Virus record (IMG/VR): IMGVR_UViG_3300026189_000012
Location: 1 to 38,705 of that record
Length of the DNA: 38,705 nucleotides
Direction: 5' to 3' (one strand)
Origin: a virus
Lineage: Duplodnaviria > Caudoviricetes
Shown here: positions 37,801 through 38,705 of the stretch, in pieces
Layout of the letters: each line of letters begins with the position of its first letter
How positions within the stretch are numbered: position 1 is the first letter of the stretch
Notes under the pieces: generated by a model
Databases searched by the model: none
What the model was told of the DNA's origin: nothing
Seen by the model: only the letters and a program-made list of their open reading frames with translations
Position numbers and translations under genes: made by a program

Positions 37801-38705
37801 AGTGTAGCAGCACCAGTTACATCCAGAGTATCTCCAGTAGCAACTGGACCATTCAGAGAAGTTGCACCACTAACTGCCATGATTCCATTAATCTGAGCAT
37901 GTGCAAGTGTTGCAAGGCCAGAAGTAGAAAGACTAGAAAGTGTAGTAGCACCAGTTACATCCAGAGTTGATGTCAGAGCAGTTGCTCCACCAACAGTCAG
38001 ATCACCAGTTACGTCTGCAGTTGTGTTGAACTGTGCAGCAGAATTTGCAGTAAATATGCCATCAACGGTTGAAGTACCAGCAACGGTCAGGTTTGCACCG
38101 ACAGCAGCAGCACCAGTTACGTCGAGTGTAGAAACTGTGGAAATACCAGCAGTTACAGTATCAAGCGCAGTGTGACCAACGACACCGAAGTTTCCACCAA
38201 CGTTAGAGTTACCTGTTACGGATGAAGAAGCAAGTGTAGTTGCACCAGCAGTCAGACCTGCGAGTGTAGTTGCACCAGATACATCCAGAGTATCACTCAG
38301 AGTTGTTGCTCCAGTTACGCCCAGTGAACCACCAACGGTTGCATTGTTAGTAATAGCAGCAGATGCGAGTGTTGAAGCACCAGCAGTCAGTGATGTGAGT
38401 GTAGTTGCACCAGTTACGTCCAGTGTTGAACCTACGGTAGCAGCACCAGTTACATCAGCAGTTGAAAGTGTAGTTGCACCAGTTACATCCAGAGTGTTGG
38501 TCAGTGTTGTAGCACCGAGAACATCCAGAGTATTGCTGAGAGTTGTAGCACCAGTTACGGCAACAGTTGCATCGAACTGTGCAGCATCCTTAGCACGGAA
38601 TGCACCATCAACAGTTGCAGTTCCACCAATGGTCAGATTTGTTCCGACAGCAGCAGCACCACTTGTTGTCAATGTGGTTACCGAAGTTGCAGCAGCATTA
38701 ACAGC
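25875..38705 (-). CDS. Giant tail fibre (>4,270 aa; 5' end outside window) with C-terminal peptidase S74 chaperone
   Basis: Frame open to the window edge; A/T/G/D-rich repeats; C-terminal TSDITLKQDI...GVSAQNVE...SVNYNGLVGILIEAVK. Confidence 0.9.
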   Translation of the reverse strand, partial: AVNAAATSVTTLTTSGAAAVGTNLTIGGTATVDGAFRAKDAAQFDATVAVTGATTLSNTLDVLGATTLTNTLDVTGATTLSTADVTGAATVGSTLDVTGATTLTSLTAGASTLASAAITNNATVGGSLGVTGATTLSDTLDVSGATTLAGLTAGATTLASSSVTGNSNVGGNFGVVGHTALDTVTAGISTVSTLDVTGAAAVGANLTVAGTSTVDGIFTANSAAQFNTTADVTGDLTVGGATALTSTLDVTGATTLSSLSTSGLATLAHAQINGIMAVSGATSLNGPVATGDTLDVTGAATLDSTLDVIGNTTLSTLNVTGLATLDSSLDLTGDLTINGTKFSIAAATGNATVGGSINADDTVTAPEFSGELSGAAVSTSADGLVNTGITTVTNTIEVKSDDGSVAGIDLFDDVNNTYYSRLKSATNAQLTDNVEVTMPTVSGNMLVGDANISNSVNTSGIITATSFVGPLTGNADTVTALQTAREFSIIGDVDAPAVSFDATGNVVLNTTLDSTGVTAGDYGSSTQIPTFTVDEKGRLTAAGGVDISTDLNIDADAGSVDINLLTETLSITGSTYVNTSVDTNEIIVNVEAGSANVVSTLVARDASGNFSAGEITASRFIGLADRATQLETTRTFAASGDATAPAVDFNGTQSPVLNLTLNNVNTNVGTFGSPSQVPQFTVNAKGLVTGVTNVAISTALSLDDGSGNGSVNLLNDGLSVLGSDYIETQVVGSNLTVSLKGDSANIADKAVVRDANGDFAAGMITADLTGRALIATTADELETTRNIAIDGPVVGNVDFNGGSDVTISVTQQPDSVELRTHTTGDYVESVADSGLSDITIAGNGEGGAVQVGLTTTGVSAGTYGATGSLPIFTVDSRGRITSATTTSVSTELSITGDSGSDAVDLLNDVLDFEGDSNLTTEVTDNKVSVSLNQNVAVSGNMDAASFRTGNEGDSIIVTGTSITGPSSITIDPAGIGDNTGELYVMGDLIVKGTTTTVNSVELAVADKNITLADGATSNAVANGGGLTIEAGADGAKTFQFEEIGLNFGSSENMNLAVSKVYKIDNTSVLSATTLGAAVVNSSLEVVGTINTGVWQGTAINDDYIDFIDNANKVKISALDIDAVAEIGTPIADGDLMIVDDGADGTNRSMTVDRMPVYTFSKVSGDILIDSTGVATIQPNSVDLATDTTGNYVATITATNIDVTNSGTEDAAVTLDLSDTTVTAGSYGSTTAIPTFTVDEKGRLTAAGTVQVDTTLDVSSDVGAIDIDQQTETLAIEGVDGEISGTATGTKVELGLVDTGVAAGSYGSATAIPTFTVDAKGRLSESSTVAIGTAMTLAGDTGSEVIEFLNDTMTIAGDTHVSTDASNDTLTISVDATSADVASTIVARDADGSFSAGIVSADLSGDVYSVGISTFNEFRVNTKIYDSTGSSGGEKQTIGIDVTTGNLVWQDLTEILPQTRTTQSQVAAEGDTQFFFDYNANFLDVFVNGVKLNLNEYTATDETSITLVEPLFEGDVVEFHSYAVAGGGLGVVEFMGDLKDVTLGALAQNDILVYNGAGFVNQQSMSLSGGITAASIDAAAITATGAITADSAAITGNISVGSLTLNGDAAVSGSIIPSADNTYDLGSPDRTWRDLYLADASLYIDGQKVLHSDNDTIVVSADPNQNLSVQTTGTGDIELSPASDVGGSGSVQLKGNLVVNTGFEITSTAGAVKFNSNLAADVIESKTEDTNLTLRGNGAGAVAVNDDLTVIGDITAQNLTADIDASNITSGTVATARLGAGTADGTTFLSGDGTWKEVDSTALKDDNGQIKAQASAAGLTVSGTLAADTLVGDLDVANLSGIVDPANLGTGTADATTFLRGDGSYAVVDSTKLIDSLGADRINATTSGVTVTGTATADSFVTAGGLEMTGAKLSGPAEIVLDPAGDDDAAGTLRIKGDLIVDGTTTTINTATLDVTDANITVAKGATLASAVDGAGLTIDGANATFVYDFANSALKSSENINIAAGKVYQVNGNEVLTATTVLGKSMPTGDVVGSSDAQTLTGKSIDGAANTLTNVANASLVNSTVSFGGVELALGASDATPAFDLADATNLPTTALTGTITNAQLAGAIANDKLANQSVSFGGISLNLGETDATPAFDLVDATGYKTESLVGTIANAQLAGSIPNDKLANSTISGHALGTSLSTLSMSTDTHLSGSATYNGSGAATFEVSIDATATNTASTVVARDANGNFAASTITADLAGNALTADHADDADEAINSQNVRIDGAADADAAHYLMMSSSASGQSRAKSDGNLVYNPASNTLTTGTFVGALTGNVTGNADTATLAADSSLLGGESKAYYATAADLSALETTVGVVTFSGAYSDLTGTPTDISAFNNDLNYLTAGDLIGSATQSATLDVQSDNVTDTERFLTFVQNGTGFQNVATDSDLKYNPALNRLTADLFRGAVEGNVTGDLTGNADTATTATNLTDAANINAGLINQDRIPATLNKDISGTAAEATRLGGQLPSYYAVAADLSAETAARTSAVSGEETARISADNVLDGKIDDEIANRAAAISAEVTARNNAITNAVDAATALYEAADTTLQTNIDNEASTRAAADTALSGRLDTLEADPTTATALSAEATTRASADTALSGRLDALEADPTSGTALSSESTARTNADSALSARLDTLEADPTTANALSAEATTRAAADTALSGRLDTLESDPTTGAALTAETNARIAADALKYDKAGGNISGDVTIATDKIVLGSTGDASFAGNVSVGTTATADVHLANKKYVDERIASVVDNAPSALNTLSEIATAMSDGNDVSTSLVNQISNEATTRANADAAEETARINADDALSGRLDTLEADPTTGTALTAEATARANADSAEATARANADTALSGRLDTLEADPTTGAALSAEATTRLNADNALSGRLDALELDPTTGTALSAETTARTSADTALSGRLDTLEADPTTATALSAEATTRANADSALSGRLDTLESDPTTATALSNAIGAEVIARDAAIATASAALSAEIDADIAAIPAFDDSHLMPKSGNTTVTGELTANKFIGSVDGEVGGAGSTPAPVTGTTITANTKFVGALEGNADTATLAATATYAINAGIATTADRLTTAVNVGGVLFDGSAPINLPGVNIAGNQNTSGNAATASALASVINVGGVAFDGGSSIDLPGVNLPGTQDTSGNAATATFATNALAATTATKLAVPVNIGGVSFDGSASITLPGVNATGNQNTTGNADSATALATARTIGGVSFDGSANIDLPGVNVAGNQNTTGNAASATVLATARTIGGVSFNGSANIDLPGVNTTGNQDTTGNAATASNASQLGGNTGAYYLNYANFTNVPALVDSLGQGTLVVSDLANDANYATTSYVTTQINNIDNLETAGGSMSGFLSLHADPALDLHSATKRYVDNQDDLLVSKSGSIMTGDLVLNGAPSVDNQAATKKYTDDNIATRLPLAGGTLTGSLVLAGAPNADFHAANKGYVDSAIAASSAGTGNFAGIVTATTFATGDLGQSIIVSGTSITGPSSITIDPSGIGDNTGDVYILGNLEVKGTTTTINSTSVEIDDVNLTLAGNAANASQADGAGLTVAGANATFTYDSSDDRWISNKAMQASEFVGNVTGNVTGDVTGASVISGTNVTSTTAELGALKVGTGTTYTSDVVVEGTMRVTGQLDIGTGTITINPDTDEIDLNGTVMTKAGDGEIEFKDRLGNRKRVKTIATELLTNDDDVTSKKFVDNQIAAVNAAKLSKDGGTLTGDLILKGAPTQDNEASTKKYVDDVAQNKADVTFVNTQLADKADTTYVNAQIANKVDADFVAAQIATIDNTDLLAKTGGTMTGTLTLASDPTSNLEAATKQYVDNATPDLSSVLATTGGTLTGDLTVGDTSGAGDPGTVTTRYNGGRGEVTYTGTNVSQITVRNTNTAHFGSAGYVTVDGVQILVDDGWTATADENWYSSTNATTLFSGNAIAAQQNLFTCAVTIWGGTITITPPTPITGEIKVYSYHSSKFEFTESLPSNSSTIGADGTATFTSNVTAATLPTDAAHLANKSYVDAQVASASPDLSSRLATTGGTLTGDLDMGSNKITYSNVYMTEADLPSASTYHGMFAHVHTTGAGYYAHAGQWIKLQNEGARVVLPSGSNGTPELTFAADSDTGIRCPAPGEVSVVCDGAQAAKINSAGVEAQNFNATSDITLKQDISVIDNAMEMIQNLEGINWSWKNNGKAAMGVSAQNVEQVAPQLVGNGEYKSVNYNGLVGILIEAVKSLKEEIDELKK
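28740..29370 (-). repeat. Five ~40-aa (120-bp) repeats, GGVxFDGSxxIxLPGVN
   Basis: Near-identical DNA at 28801 and 28921, exactly 120 bp apart; boundaries approximate. Confidence 0.85.
29720..30930 (-). repeat. Nine 31-aa (93-bp) coiled-coil repeats, AEATTRxxADTALSGRLDTLExDPT, in blocks of 4 and 5
   Basis: 93-bp period (30793 vs 30886); boundaries approximate. Confidence 0.85.
37700..38705 (-). repeat. Short beta-type repeats, TLDVTGATTL
   Basis: Recurrent GTAGTTGCACCAGTTAC-like DNA motif; boundaries approximate. Confidence 0.8.

Noticed and set aside
25983-37896. Long plus-strand ORFs (e.g. 30262..31179, 32701..33702)
   Set aside because: Antisense shadows of the Ala/Thr/Gly-rich fibre codons
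19887-38705. Diversity-generating retroelement acting on fibre genes
   Set aside because: No reverse transcriptase in the window and no adenine-specific TR/VR pair seen; repeats are in-frame protein repeats
1-38705. tRNA/rRNA genes
   Set aside because: No cloverleaf or rRNA-like sequence recognised in the few intergenic gaps

Overview
Fragment of a T4-like marine cyanomyophage genome, coding almost entirely on the minus strand. In transcription order (right to left): a giant (>4,270 aa) repeat-rich tail fibre with a C-terminal S74 chaperone; four small fibre-associated genes and a 1,331-aa repeat/beta-propeller structural protein (38705-19887); about 17 kb of small early-type ORFs (19.8-2.4 kb); then a GT-A glycosyltransferase, a conserved hypothetical, baseplate gp25 and the 5' end of gp6. 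The main unexplained signal is a 32-bp element (minus strand AAAGTTACTCAGCT-SYYGATYGTMCYA-NNNT, first 14 bp invariant) present nine times between 3.5 and 15 kb. It is always in the same orientation, usually close behind a stop codon, and always followed by a purine then T, which in two copies begins the next gene's ATG. It resembles neither the sigma70 nor the T4 late promoters also present here, and it cuts the early region into gene cassettes. The cassettes carry a KxDG ligase-like nucleotidyltransferase, an HExxH peptidase, a capsid-targeted internal protein and an R-M-like block (SF2 helicase, HNH-like protein, GIY-YIG-like/NPPY methyltransferase with degenerate SAM motifs, and a separate SAM-binding half-methyltransferase). 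All calls come from reading motifs by eye; no searches were run.
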